From Octopus sinensis (Eukaryota): 64,000 nt of DNA. Shown here piece by piece: positions 1 through 13,983 of the stretch (the first letter of the stretch is position 1; each line of letters starts with the position of its first letter). A model generated the notes under the pieces. That model was not told the origin of the DNA. It saw nothing but the letters and a program-made list of their open reading frames with translations, and ran no database searches. Position numbers and translations under genes: made by a program. Where the stretch lies: NCBI RefSeq assembly GCF_006345805.1, contig NC_043010.1, forward strand, positions 32,364,001 through 32,428,000, given 5' to 3'.

Positions 1-883
1 ATTCTTGCAATAATTTTAATGTTTGTATTTTGATTTTTGTGCTAGCATAGTTTGAACAGTAAAGCATGAAAACACTCATGCACTTAAACACAAACATGCA
101 TACATACATACGCACTCACACTCATTCACTTAGACATATTAAATGAAAATATAAAAATAGCACACAAAAAATATATAATGAATTCTCATCTGTGTGTTTG
201 ACCTCAGAAATGATAGCGGGAAGAACCACAGGATTTTTGTGTGAATGAAGAAAAAGAAAAATGTATTGTGAATATTACACTTTCCCTCTCATCCAAGACT
301 AAGAAGGGAGGTGGATATGAAAAAGAATGTAATGATTATAATAATGAAATAATAGAATAAAAACAGAAATGTTTTCATGATATTGCAGACCTCAAGGAAA
401 TTCATTTTTAGAATTTTTTTGTTTTATTTTCAAACAAGATCTTAGAATCAGGTTTCAATAACAACAGATATTCTCAGGATAATTTTGATGAAGGTATTTA
501 GGAGAAATTTTATATTTTGCTCTTGTTATTGTTTAACGCACAACTTTACTCTGATTTAGCATATTTGTGATCAAAAGCATTCCTGCTGTAATCATACCAC
601 CTTTTTTATTTTCAGACACATTTCATCTAAGACTACATTATTCAATGTGCCTTGCCACTTTTAAAATACTGATATGTAATTTGAGGGAGACCTGGTTCCT
701 ATTTCTAACATTTGTGGGCTCTGACAGTAGCTATTCATTGCACTTGTATTAGTTATTGAATTTGTTGTTCTATATATACAAGGTTACTACATACCAAATT
801 AATAGTGGACCAACACTACTTTTTTCTTCTTTCCTAATATACATCATAAATATACTTAAAATTTATTAAAGACCATCATGTAT

Positions 884-928
<45 letters not shown>

Positions 929-1077
929 TAATAATAGGTAAAATTAATTAATTAACTAGTAATTAATAATTCCACCAAGTAGAATTCAGCATGAAAAAGG
1001 ACCATTTTTCGGTAAACTTAAACAATACTTTATAATTACGAGTATAATTATAAAATATTGTACATATATATACATAA

Positions 1078-2062
<985 letters not shown>

Positions 2063-2119
2063 ATATATACACACATACACACATGCACACACACACCTCT
2101 ATTTAGATATACATATATA

Positions 2120-2300
2120 TCTATATATATAAAACAGAGAATGTGTGTCTGTTTGTCTGTCTGTATGTATGTGTGAATCCCTAAATCTCAAGAACTACCC
2201 AACTGATTTCATTCAACTTTTACACCTACATTATCTTTAAAACTCTGCCCATTTGAAGGATCCTTGAACTTCCATGAAAGAAAGTGAAAGAAAGTCTTTG
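2120..2300 (+). mobile_element. Helitron-type 5' end (non-autonomous, 3' end not found)
   Basis: A|TCTATATATATAAAA...GTCTGTTTGTCTGT...CAACTGATTTCATTCAAC resembles the Helitron start at 32842. Confidence 0.45.
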
Positions 2301-2843
2301 TTAAATATGATAATATAAATTGTTTACATGTTTTTAAGTTAAGAAACAATTTGTGATGATATTAGAAATTTTCTAATCTTTAATACATTAAAAGTCAGCA
2401 TGAATTTTGCTTGCTTGAAATGTTACTCAGCCAAACTGGTATATTATAGGAAAATACTATGAATAAAACAAATTTCATGTAAATCAGACAAGTGGTTGTG
2501 GAGATATTGGGGGGTTTTCAGGTTATAAATACCCAAAACGATGCATAATGGGGAAATATTGCAAAAATAACTTTATCCTGAAAGGGAAGAAACTCTTACC
2601 TTTCAATTAGATACAGTGACTTGAAAACGAAAAAATACGATTTGTTTTATACAGTAAGTATTTATATTTTAGCTTTCTTTAAACAGAAAATACTTTAATG
2701 CTTTTAAAATTATTTTCAAGTGAATACCATTACAAAAGTTTTTTTGGGGGCATTTTAAAAAATATTTTAACTTTAAAAATATGGTAAATATTTCGCAAAA
2801 GACAAATCATTCATAACTTCAGTGTGGAATAAGTTTTTCCATA

Positions 2844-3010
2844 GTCGCAGGAGTGGCTATATGGTAAGTAACTTGCTTACCAACCACATGGTTCTGGGTT
2901 CAGTCCTACTGTGTGGCACCTTGGGTAAGTGTCTTCTACTATAGCCTTGAGCTGACCAAAGCCTTGTGAGTGGATTTGGTAGATGGAAACTGAAAGAAGC
3001 CCGTCGTATG

Positions 3011-3051
<41 letters not shown>

Positions 3052-3214
3052 CTGTGTTTACATCCTCGTAACTTAGCAGTTCGACAAAAGAGACCAATAG
3101 AATAAGTACTAGGCTTATAAAGAATAAGTCCTGGGGTCGATTTGCTGAAATAAAGGCAGTGCTCCAGCCTGGCTGCAGTCAAATGACTGAAACAAGTAAA
3201 AGAATAAAAGAATA
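2844..3214 (+). mobile_element. tRNA-derived SINE, family A
   Basis: GCAGGAGTGGCT..GGTAAG head, GGTTCAGTCC box B, central (TA)n(TG)n and TGACTGAAACAAGTAAAAG tail. Many copies in the window. Confidence 0.9.
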
Positions 3215-3245
3215 GTTTTTTTCAAGCGCATTCGACGTATCTCAC

Positions 3246-3381
3246 CTCCAAAGATTTGGCTGCTATTTCTAGCACGCCCTGCTACCACGTAACAGCTATT
3301 TGTGATGAAATACCTTTCTGGGGAAAGGAGCCGTTTACACATGCTTTCAATGTCACATTCATTGAAAGCGTGTGAAATAAC
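3246..3381 (-). CDS. Putative internal exon of an unidentified host gene (VISHAFNECDIESMCKRLLSPERYFITNSCYVVAGRARNSSQIFG)
   Basis: Strong acceptor ttttttcttttccag|G and donor GAG|gtgaga. 136 nt, open, phase 0 to 1, non-repetitive. Protein not recognised. Confidence 0.55.
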
Positions 3382-4983
3382 CTGGAAAAGAAAAAAAACA
3401 CCCACAAAGCAAAAGAAAACTCCATTGCTGTGAAACTTAGACTTTCCTGGTAACCCAACAGGTCATGGGTAGTCTATTGTTAAATAAAATTTCATCAAAC
3501 CATTTCTCTGTCATTTTTGACTTTATACATTCCTTATCATTTTCTCTCATATTTTACTGTATATTCTATATGTCTTATAGAATGATACATCTAAACGTTT
3601 TCCTATGAGTACTGCAGTCTGACAATGGCTTAGCTGGCTGAAACTTCGAAGTCATTGTCGATAATATTCTTATTTAAGAATAATGAATAATACATACATA
3701 CATACATACAAATATACAATCATTTATTCATTCATTCATTTTGTGTTATGCTGAGAAGTGGTGCATGATAAACTGCCCAAATTATTGTTAAAGTATCCAC
3801 ACAAGTGGAGTCTAGACTGGTTACTTTGTACTTGTACCCAGTCATATAAGTTATAGAATTCAAATTTTTTAACTGAGGAACGTTTATGTATAATGGATGC
3901 ATTTCCTATTATATATTATGCAAACCTGAAATGTTCATATTAAATGGTTTCAAAATATTACTATTTGATTTGACTTCACTATTACAACTTACACACACAC
4001 AAACACACACATAACATCAGTGACACACAAACCGTAATATATCATTTGTATTTACATTTCTGCCTTGTTGGTCATGCAGTAAGCTTTCTGTATCTTTTCA
4101 TTCCTTCAGGTGAAGCAGTGTCATGACATTGTCATCCTCTTTTAATTTTAGTTACATTTATCAATTCCTCTCCCTCCAATTTCCTTCATACGCCTCATTT
4201 CTCATTCCATTCACTTTTCTATTTTCTCAGCTACCAAACACACACACACATATAATTATAACATATGATTTTTTTAAACTGTTCATTATGCATTTTGTGT
4301 AAGAGAGGTGACAGATTTATGTGTTTTCGTCTTTCATATTGTTTGTAGAAATGTTTCTTTTCAAACAACTGAATAACTGCTTCTTCCATTAAACACTTGT
4401 ATGTGAATAGGGGTGGAACCTTTTTAGCAGGCAGGCAGACTGACACAACATAATGCACAACGTCACTAGTAGTAGTAATAGTAAAGGTGGCAGCAGCAGC
4501 AGCAGCAGCAGTGGCAGCTACAGCAGTATGAGTATGAGGAAGAGGAGAAGTAGAAACAGCAGTAGTAGTGGTGGTGATAGTGTTAAAACTTTCACGTCCC
4601 TGTGGTCAGTACTTTATTTTAAAACAACCTTCCATGACTAGTATTGTAGATTCTAAATTTGAAATAATGAACACCACCACCATCAACAACAACAGCTATA
4701 GCAGTAGCAATAAACATGAAAAAACAATGTGATAGAAATATATTAATAACATATTAATGGAAGATAATGATGTTTGATCAATGTAAATGGGGAGGAATTT
4801 GAAAGTGTGAACAGCAGGAAATGTTATTGGATGGGAATTATTATTTGCATACTTAATGCTTGAATATAAATTTAGAATACTAATGACAATGTTATTTCAT
4901 GAATAATCACAAAAGATTTGCATGAGTGTTTGTGTGTGTGTGTGTGTGTGAGTGTGTATATACATACACATGTATGTATGTAT

Positions 4984-5032
<49 letters not shown>

Positions 5033-5150
5033 ACATACACACACACATACATATATGCATGAATGCATACATACATGCATGCATACATACATACATGCAT
5101 ACATACAAACATATATATATATAAATATATATGTGTGTGTGTGTGTGTGT

Positions 5151-5451
5151 GGAGTTGCAATGGCCCAGTAGTAAGGGCAGCGGTTGTAGGATCGTGGTTT
5201 TGATTCCCAGACTGGGCGTTGTGAGTGTTTATTGAGCGAAAACACATATAGCTCCACGTGGCTCCAGCAGGGGATGGTGGCGATCCCTGCTGTACTCTTT
5301 CACCACAACTTTCTCTCACTCTTTCTTCTGTTGGCCTGCTCGCTAAGCCAGCAGGGTGGCGTCATTTGAAGGCTAAAACAATGCGAAGCGCATTGTGACC
5401 AGCGATGTGTAGCAACATCTGATAGCCTGGTCGGTCACATGATCACGTGAT
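5151..5451 (+). mobile_element. tRNA-derived SINE, family C
   Basis: GCAATGGCCCAGT..TAAGGGCAGCGG head, TTTGATTCCC box B. Homologous to 51460-51840. Confidence 0.8.
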
Positions 5452-7249
5452 ATATATATATATAGATAGATAGTCAAGGCACATGGCTTAGTGGTTTGGG
5501 TCTTGAACTCATGATTGCAAGATCATGGTTTTAATTCCCAGACCAAGCATTGCATTATGTTCTTGAGCAAAGTACTTCATTTCATGTTGCTCTGTTATCA
5601 TAAGTGGCACATGGTGCAACTGTACAGGTAATGTCAATTGATGGAGGCAGTGAGCTTATGTGAACACAAACATTTGATCACTATAAACTAATCATCTATG
5701 TGGTTGTTCGGCAATTTCTTGCCAAACCCTCATGCATCATTTAATGTCAGGAGAGTCCTTCTGGTCATTTCAAAATGTAACCACATGTGAATCATTGGCA
5801 TTTTTTTCCCTCCGTCTTCCTTTTTTATTGGACTTTACTCTATTTCTGAAGATGAAATTTGCTTGAAACATTAAATCATCTTTCTTTCCTTCCCTGAACA
5901 TCTGCTAATACTTTACATGTACCACATCCTCGCATTGTTTTTTTTTTTTGTGTTTGTTCTTTGTTTTTTAAAATTTATTATATATATATATATATATATA
6001 TATCAGTAAGTAAGATTCAGTTGCATTAGGTACTTAAATTGAAGCACCAAGTCAGTCCAGTATTATCCTCACAGCTCAAAGTAAGGTGAATTAAAATCAA
6101 AATAAGTAACAGTAATGCAGTACAGCTGTTTCAAGTGGCTCCATTTAATTGAACAATGCAATCATTACATCAATTTAAATACCGCTCTCTCTTCAGCTTC
6201 ACAAATATGGATTTTCAACAGACAAGATATATTAATATAATTTTTCTTAAATATTTTAACAGAGCAAGAGGATGGAAGAAATTCATGTCACTGTTGTAGC
6301 AAGAATAGCTAAGAGAATAACAGACTACAATTTAGTGTGGCATGAAACACAATGGGGGTCATAGGGTTGTAATTCATCCTACATAAATATCATCATCATT
6401 TTTAGGCATTGTTCTGTGGTGAAGAAGCTTCACATTGGAACGATGTGTTTAGGGGTGCAGCACCACCATGTGGTCATTATCATCTGGTATTCTGTATTGC
6501 AGCTGTAGATCACCTAATGTCTTGTGAATGAAATTAGAAAATGGAACCTGAAGAAGCCTCTTACGCATACACATACACGCACAAAAGCACACACAAACAC
6601 ACACACAGACACACTCAGAGTCACTCACTCACAAACACATGCATACACACATAATTATTTTATAAGAATAATGTTGAGAATGATGCCATGATTTCATCAG
6701 ACTGTGGTTTAATGTAGTTCATCTTCACTTTATATTGTCTTTAGTAAGTTTATTTCTTCTGGGCTAGGTGGAGCTCTGCAGTATGATAATTATATTGTAG
6801 GGTGAGTATTTGATACAAATATGTCATAGAAGAGTTTTATCAATTAAATTTGGAGTTGTGTTATCATTCAGCATTCAGTGATGCATGTAAGACTTCGTAA
6901 CCAAGTGTGTCTTTTTAGATGTATAAGCTTCAGTTCTTTGAATTGCTCATTAAGGTTCACAAAGAATGTAAGTAGGTGAAAAGGGTAGTTGGTCTGCAGA
7001 TGGGTAACTAGGTATAGTTGTTGATGTTATTTGAACACTAATAGGAGATTCAGCCTGTTTGTTTTGGGAAGATGGTGGTTGTTGTCCATATTCAGTCCAG
7101 CAAGTAAAACTTTTTGATTTGGTGTGTTTATGTGGGAGTGTCAGCTTTAGGTCATAGAAGTTTTAGTATAGAAATTTTGTTATCTTGTTTTTGTTTAAGA
7201 GTTCACAAAAGAATGTAAATAATTTGAAAGGTTAGTTAGTCAGCAGATT

Positions 7250-7770
7250 GAGTGCTTTCTTAACATTAATTGAAAAACAGGAAACGATATAACATCCATT
7301 ACACTTCTGTTTGAAAAATATATTTATCCAACTAAGAAGCATTATCTGAAATCATTAATGCAAAAACCAAAAATTTCATAAAGAGATTTACATGGAAAAT
7401 TTGCCAATATGAAAAAGACCAACAGAATGAACAGTCCACCAATAACTATGGATTGAAGACAAATGCCCACAATCTAATCCTTTGAAGATAGTCTATTCAC
7501 AATGATCAATGAAATTTAGTAAACAAACTAATGAACTGTAAAAACAACTGATGCAGAAGAAAATATTGACTGCATAAATCAAGCACAAATGTGTTTGTAA
7601 AATCAGACAAAACAATGTCTATAAGATAAGTCGAAGTGCTTATAATCACTTTCTCTCTAAGACAATCTCCAACACATACAAAAAACGAAAATCAGCAAAA
7701 CATGAAACTTTAAACAATATAAACACCAGAGCCAAAAATATAGCCACTAACTTCAAAATGTAGATATAAA
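7250..7770 (+). mobile_element. Decayed PLE ORF, pre-RT part (left piece)
   Basis: Remnants VFVKSDKT..YK and TYKK...NNINTRAKNIATN resemble the PLE region upstream of LINP. Continues at 9690 after an RTE insertion. Confidence 0.55.
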
Positions 7771-7806
7771 CTACATGTGTGTCATACACATACATACATA
7801 TCTATA

Positions 7807-9584
7807 GCCTTTGACAGGGACCCCCAATCCCTTATCTGAGGAAACTAGGGATAAACGAGTGATTAGTGTGAGCTGTACAAACCAGGGAGAGTGATGCAGT
7901 CAGTATGGTGAGGGCTAGCATCGAGTTTAGTGAAGAATTCTGGGTAGAAGTAGGGGTTCACCAAGGATCAGTCCTCAGCCCCCTCTTGTTCATCATAGTC
8001 CTCTAGACACAACCTGAGGAATTCAAGACAGGCTGGCCCTGGGAGCTCCTCTATGCTGATGACCTTGCTCTAATAGCTGACTCACTAACAGAACTAGAGA
8101 AGAAGTTTCAAATGTGGAAGCAATGTCTAGAATCAAAGGGTCTTAGAGTTAACCTAGCAAAAACCAAAGTCGTAGTAACTAGGAAAGCAGACAAATCACA
8201 AATCCCTTCAGGTAGATGGCCCTGTTCGATCTGTAGAAAAGCATAGGTAGAAACTCTATAAGGTGTAACCAATATAAGCTATGGACACATAAGAGGTGCA
8301 GCAATATCAAAGGAAGACTAACTGGGAAGATAGTTTTTGTATGTGACAGATGCTCAGGAGCAATAAACACTGAAAATGTGCAGAGAACAACTGCTATATT
8401 CCAGGAAGAAAAACTAGAAGTAGTTGATAGCTTCCATTACCTAAGTGACTAAGTCAGTAACGGGGGTGGGTGCTCTGAAAGTGTAGCTGCTAGAATAGGA
8501 ATAGCCTGCACAAAGTTTAGAGAGCTCCTACCTCTGCTGGTGACAAAGGGCCTCTTGCTCGGAGTAAAAGGAAGACTGTATGACGCATGTGAACGAACAG
8601 CCAATCTACATGGCAGTGAAACATGGGTCATGACTGCTGAGGACATGCGTAAGCTTGCAAGGAACGAAGTCAGTATGTTCCGCTGGATGTGTAATGTGAG
8701 TGTGCGTACACAACAGAGTGTAAGCATCCTGAGAGAAAAGTTGGATGTAAGAAGCATCAGATGTGGTGTGCAAGAGAGACGACTGCACTGGTATGGTCAT
8801 GTGATGTGTATGGATGAGGACAGCTGTGTGAAGAAGTGTCTTACGCTAACAGTGGAAGGAACCTGTGGAAGAGGTAGATCCAAGAAGACATGGGATGAGG
8901 TAATGCAGCACAACCTTCGAACACTGGGCCTCACAGAAGCAATAACAAGCAACCGAGACCTTTGGAAATATGCTGTGCTTGAGAAGAGCCGGCAAGCCTA
9001 GTGAGACCATAACCCGTGGCCTATACCTGGAGTGTAACCAGCCCACTTATGTGTACCTTTCCTTCATTGGACACTAAACTCTGCTTGCAAAGACCTGTTG
9101 AGGCAAGTGAAATCGAAATTGAAATCGATGACAGCACCGCATGACTGGCATCTGTGCTAGTGGAGTGCTAAGAGCACCATCCAAGTGTGATCATTGCCAG
9201 AGCAGCTAACTGGCTTCCATGCCGGTGGTACATAAAAAGCACCATTCAAGTGTGATCATTACCAGCGTTGCCTTACTGGCATGTGAAAAAATATTTGAGC
9301 GAGGTTGTTGCCAGTGCCGCTGGACTGGCTCCTATGCAGGTGGCACGTAAAAAACACTGTTTGAGTGTGGCTGTTGCCAGCACCAACTGACTGGCCCTCG
9401 TGCCGGTGGCATGTAAAAGCACTCACTACACTCTTGGAGTGGTTAGCATTAGGAAGGGCATCCAACTGTAGAAACTCTGCCAGATCAGATTGGAGCCTGG
9501 TGCAGCCATCCAGTTCACCAGTCCTCAGTCAAATCGTCCAACCCATGCCAACTTGGAAAACGAACGTTAAACGATGATGATGAT
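7807..9584 (+). mobile_element. 5'-truncated RTE LINE (RT remnant, 3' UTR and (GAT)n tail)
   Basis: GVHQGSVLSPLLF and LYADDL motifs, ORF 8540-9001 with LHWYGHV..R.KKTW, degenerate ~60-bp 3' UTR repeats, end GTCCAACCCATGC..CGTTAAACGATGATGATGAT. Confidence 0.9.
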
Positions 9585-9689
9585 ACACCCTGCACACACA
9601 CACATACCTATATATGTATCCATTATGATCATTATATGTTATAGTTATGTAATGGTCTTTTGGTGTTAACATATCTACTCTATCTCAAA

Positions 9690-10470
9690 CTATGAAAGAC
9701 TATAAATCCAGTTTCAATAGAAACTCGTCACTCAGACTTATAAACCCTTCAAAAATGGACATTGACATGATTGGTAAAAGACAAATTCTCACCAAAAATA
9801 AAGCAAACTTGACATTACCTCACTGGAGTAATGCATACAACATAACAGATTGGTTTAAGAAGGTCCTAAACAAAAATAAATGGTATTTTTTCCAGTTTGA
9901 CACCAAACCAATACTTATGGTTGCTTTGAACTTTGCAAAAGCAACAATCACAATAAGTGATACTGAAGCAAGGAAATCCCTTCTTTTCCAAAACGATGCT
10001 TTCTGGATTTAGGAAAATACAAATGAGCTATTTGATGTAAACATGGGATCAATGGACTGTGCAGAAGTAAGTGACATTATCAGCCTTTACATTTTAGCAA
10101 ACTTGCACAACCAATTTCCTTTCATCTACTGAGATAATAATCTACCTCTCTTAAGAATCTACAACCCTTAAAAAATGACAAATTTAGGCAAAAAATACAT
10201 CACTTCTTTAAAAACTGAAGCCTCACCATTACTATAAAAACACATCTAAAATCAGTCAACATTCTTGGTGTTACCATCGACTTAGAATACAATATTTATA
10301 AACCCTATAAGAAAGATAGCAAAAAATTCCAGTATATATATATATATATATATATAGGCAATTCAACCATCTCAAAAGTATAATTAAAAACCTAGTAAAG
10401 AACATCTTTATCTTCCAACAAAAAGAAATGAATGAAATAGCAACTCCATGTAATGAAGTTCTCAAGAACA
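9690..10470 (+). mobile_element. Decayed PLE reverse transcriptase (right piece)
   Basis: LRLINPSK, W.N..ITDWFK, FFQFD, ARKSLLF, FDVNMGSMDCAEV and VNILGVTIDL..IYKPYKK. Stops, frameshifts and a (TA)n insertion at ~10333. Confidence 0.85.
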
Positions 10471-10707
10471 TATTATATATTACACAATTATTGTCAACAC
10501 TGCGTATTCCTGTGTATTTCTTGGTTCCAACATTCTTCTTTCAGCTGAATAAACTCATTAAAATTTCATGTATCATACAGAGACTTTTCTTTTTCTTTCC
10601 TCCTTTCTGTTACATTCCTGCTGAAGACAGTTGACATGGGGCACTAGAGAATAACTGTTGTTTGAGATAGTCTTTAATAATTTCAACAGGGAATCTTGTC
10701 ATCTTAC

Positions 10708-10843
10708 CAATTCCTTTAAGCTGACAGTTAAAACCTCTAATGGCAGATGAAGGAATTATCCATGCATTTCCATCCTTATACTCAATTATTGATAGGCCTT
10801 TCAAATTCATGGAATTTATCTTCCAATTTTCTTTTCTTTTCAG
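10708..10843 (-). CDS. Possible exon (LKRKENWKINSMNLKGLSIIEYKDGNAWIIPSSAIRGFNCQLKGI)
   Basis: Acceptor ttttgcacag|C and donor TTG|gtaaga, open frame within ORF 10610-10864. Could instead be an unrecognised TE fragment. Confidence 0.3.
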
Positions 10844-10968
10844 CTGTGCAAAACACTTGATCAATAAAATTTATTATGTACAACACCATACATCACTAAT
10901 TAATTCAGAGGTTGATTGATTCCATAAATTAGTGAATATCTATCTGTCTGTCTGTCTGTCTGTATTTG

Positions 10969-11029
<61 letters not shown>

Positions 11030-11071
11030 TCACACACACACATATAATGATCATAATGGATACATATATAG

Positions 11072-11114
<43 letters not shown>

Positions 11115-11117
11115 GAT

Positions 11118-11148
<31 letters not shown>

Positions 11149-11638
11149 TGTATGACACACATGTAGTTTATATTTACATTTATAATAAGACTCTACAGGA
11201 TAGCTGCTTTACTGATAAAATCTTTTACAATCCACCACCTTGCCTATCATCTAGTCATAAGAAGAGGCCTTGGAAAGTATTATCATTCACATCCCACCTT
11301 TTCTCCCTTAATGTCAGGACAAGTGAACATATGTAGGTAGAATATTCTTGCACCTTCTTTTTGTCTTCTTACTTAAGATTTTATATATATATATATATAT
11401 CAAGGGAAATAAGATGAAAACGACCCATCTCCAGCAGGCTTGAAGTGCCGATACCTTAAAAAAAACTAGCAAAAACTGGGTATAATTATATACATATGTA
11501 CATTATTATTTATTTAATGTATTGATTGCCTTAAAATTTTTATAGTATGCTGACTACTTGGTAAAAATCATTAATGTAATTTTTATCCTGATACTCTTTT
11601 ATGAATTAATATATATATTAATATATGTATATATATAA

Positions 11639-12210
11639 ACACATATAAAATACAGTGTACATTTAAACACATAAGGAAATCCACTCGTGGAATTCAACAT
11701 GCTAGAAAGAACAGCTAGGTTCTATAACCACAAAATTAGGGATAAAATCCCAACAGGAATGAAATGAAAAAATAAAAACTTTTACCATCTAGTTTCCTGG
11801 ACCAAATGGTTTCAGATTTTAGTTTAGCAAATAAATAATATTCACTAGGTGAAATCTTCGTCACCAGCTACACCTTAGATTAAATATATAAAACATGAGA
11901 CAATCAACTATGTGCCTCTTGTTTATACATCCTAATTTTTTCAAGAGGCACATAGTTGATTGCCTCGTGTTTTATATATTTAATCTAAGGTGTACCTGTT
12001 GATGAAAATTTCACCTAGCGAATATTATTTGCTAAACTAAAATCAGAAACCAATTGTCCAGGAAACTAGATGGTAAAAGTTTTATCTTTTCATTTCATTC
12101 CTGTCGGGATTTTATTCCTAATTTTGTGGTTATAGAACGTAGCTGTTCTTTCTGTTGAATTCTACAAATGGATTCCTTGTGTGTTTAAATGTACACTGTA
12201 TTTTATGTGT
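11639..12210. repeat. Palindrome, ~275-bp arms and 20-nt loop, with HHR-like motif in each arm
   Basis: 11639-11921 is the reverse complement of 11942-12210, with some mismatches. Confidence 0.9.
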
Positions 12211-12341
12211 AATACATAGTCTTTGGACTAAATTTTTACACGCTAGGCCACTGGAACTGAAAATTTCTATTAATTTCCATTGCCCTTCGATATGATTATA
12301 TACATACATATGTATATAATATATATATATGTATATATAAC

Positions 12342-13433
12342 ACCTTTTATCAATTCAAAACGAACAATTAAATTACATATCTAGAAAATTGCATATAATA
12401 GAAATATTAAAATTAAAATTACAATAAAATACCGATGATTAAATAAATTGCAAAAAAAAAATAATAAAAAACGTATATAATTGATAGAATAATGAGACGT
12501 GTTTCGTAGCTATATTTAAGAAATGATTATAGTAAAAAATTAACAGTAGTAGTAAAATCACTTCGATATAAATATAGCCACACATCAGGTTAAAAATAAA
12601 CTAGAATAATAAAATAATTAATTAATAAATATACTTAAATGTTTCTTACTTTCCATTAGCAAATAATTCTCGCCATTATATCATTTTTATATATATTGAT
12701 AGTTATAAGTTACGATAGAAAATAATTTTTATATCTATTTATTTAGATTTTTTATATATATATATAAAGGGATCTAATGTATTACATTTAATTTGAGAAT
12801 TAATTTTGTTAGACAATATATTATTTAATTATTAGGTGGTATATTTATTAAGTAGTATTAAATTTAAGATAATTAGATATTATATTAATTGATATTTAGT
12901 CAACTATATTATAGAGTGATATATTAAATCTATAGATACTACACATATATATTAATTATATAGTTAGCTTATTTAATAAGTTTGTCTATATTTGAACCAT
13001 TTCTTATTTTGATTACAATATTAATGACTTGTACTAGCATAGTGTATATTAATTAATTTTAAAGTATTGAATAATTTAAGTATTGTTTTTAGTGTTCACT
13101 TAATGTATATTTAGTATCTTATATATATATATATATATCTTAAAGTAAATTAATTAATTAATTATTTTATTATTCTAGTTTATTTTTAACCTGATGAGTG
13201 GCTATATTTATATTGAAGTGATTTTACTACTACTATTAATTTTTTTACTATAATCAATTCTTAAATATAGCCATGAAACATGTGTCATTATTCTACCAAT
13301 TATATACGTTTTTATTATTGTTTTTTGCAATTTACTTAATCTTCGGTATTTTATTGTTATTTTAATTTTAATATATTATATGTAATTTTCTAGATGGTGT
13401 AATTTAATTGTTCATTTTGAATTGATAAAAGGT
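12342..13433. repeat. Inverted repeat, ~285-bp arms, with decayed HHR (probable PLE pseudo-LTR)
   Basis: 12342-12625 is the reverse complement of ~13152-13433, around a ~525-bp very AT-rich spacer. Confidence 0.85.
13187..13290 (+). ncRNA. Degenerate type I hammerhead ribozyme
   Basis: CTGATGA at 13191, stem II GTGGCTATATTTA/TAAATATAGCCAT, then GAAAC-ATGT-GTC. Mirror copy at 12491-12592 on the minus strand. Confidence 0.6.
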
Positions 13434-13983
13434 AGTTTTTTTTCTAATTTATATATATATATATATATATATATTATATTGTGTGAAATTTGATTTAGTA
13501 TTTCTAAATTGAATTTTTTCCCTGTAAGTTAGGATTAATATTCCCTCAAATAATTATATATATATATGTATATATTGGTATATTTCGGAATGGTCATTTT
13601 GCCAGTTTAGCCAATAAAAACACACGCACTATATATTTGGTGTTATTTTGCTTCAGTGTTATTTATTTTTTACATTAATCTTAATCGTATTTTGGCCAGA
13701 GTTCTTTTGTCACACTCCTGTGACCGCATCAGTGGTCCTTTGTTTTCTTCTTTCTTATTTGTGTCTCTCCTTACTAACCGTCAGCCATTTTGTATTTCTA
13801 TTGTATGTCTTCATTTGCGCATGCTTATATCTCTATGTGCGTTTATGTTTATTTAGTGTGTGTATGTGGGGGGATGCCTGTAATATTTGTATCTTCTGTT
13901 TATATATGTACATGTAATTTGTATTTTGTTTTTGTTGTTTTTGTTTATTCTTATTTTGTTCATGTGTTTACATTCACTTATTA

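Noticed and set aside
2844-2920. tRNA gene calls at SINE heads
   Set aside because: They have only A and B boxes followed by SINE bodies, with no full cloverleaf.
4872-5319. ORFs rich in YI, HT, CV, poly-S, poly-D or poly-Y here and at many other positions (for example 26.3, 30.3, 37.4, 46.8, 52.0 and 57.1 kb)
   Set aside because: They are translations of microsatellites.
5846-5875. CTGAAGA..GAAAC hammerhead-like remnant, with a similar one at ~44105-44135 on the minus strand
   Set aside because: Stems are too decayed to support a fold. At most these are old pseudo-LTR relics.
9690-10470. Assignment to the N-terminal-endonuclease (Naiad) PLE clade
   Set aside because: No N-terminal GIY-YIG is seen, and the possibly related remnant at 49.4-49.8 kb has the endonuclease after the WFNP linker. 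The clade needs a phylogeny.
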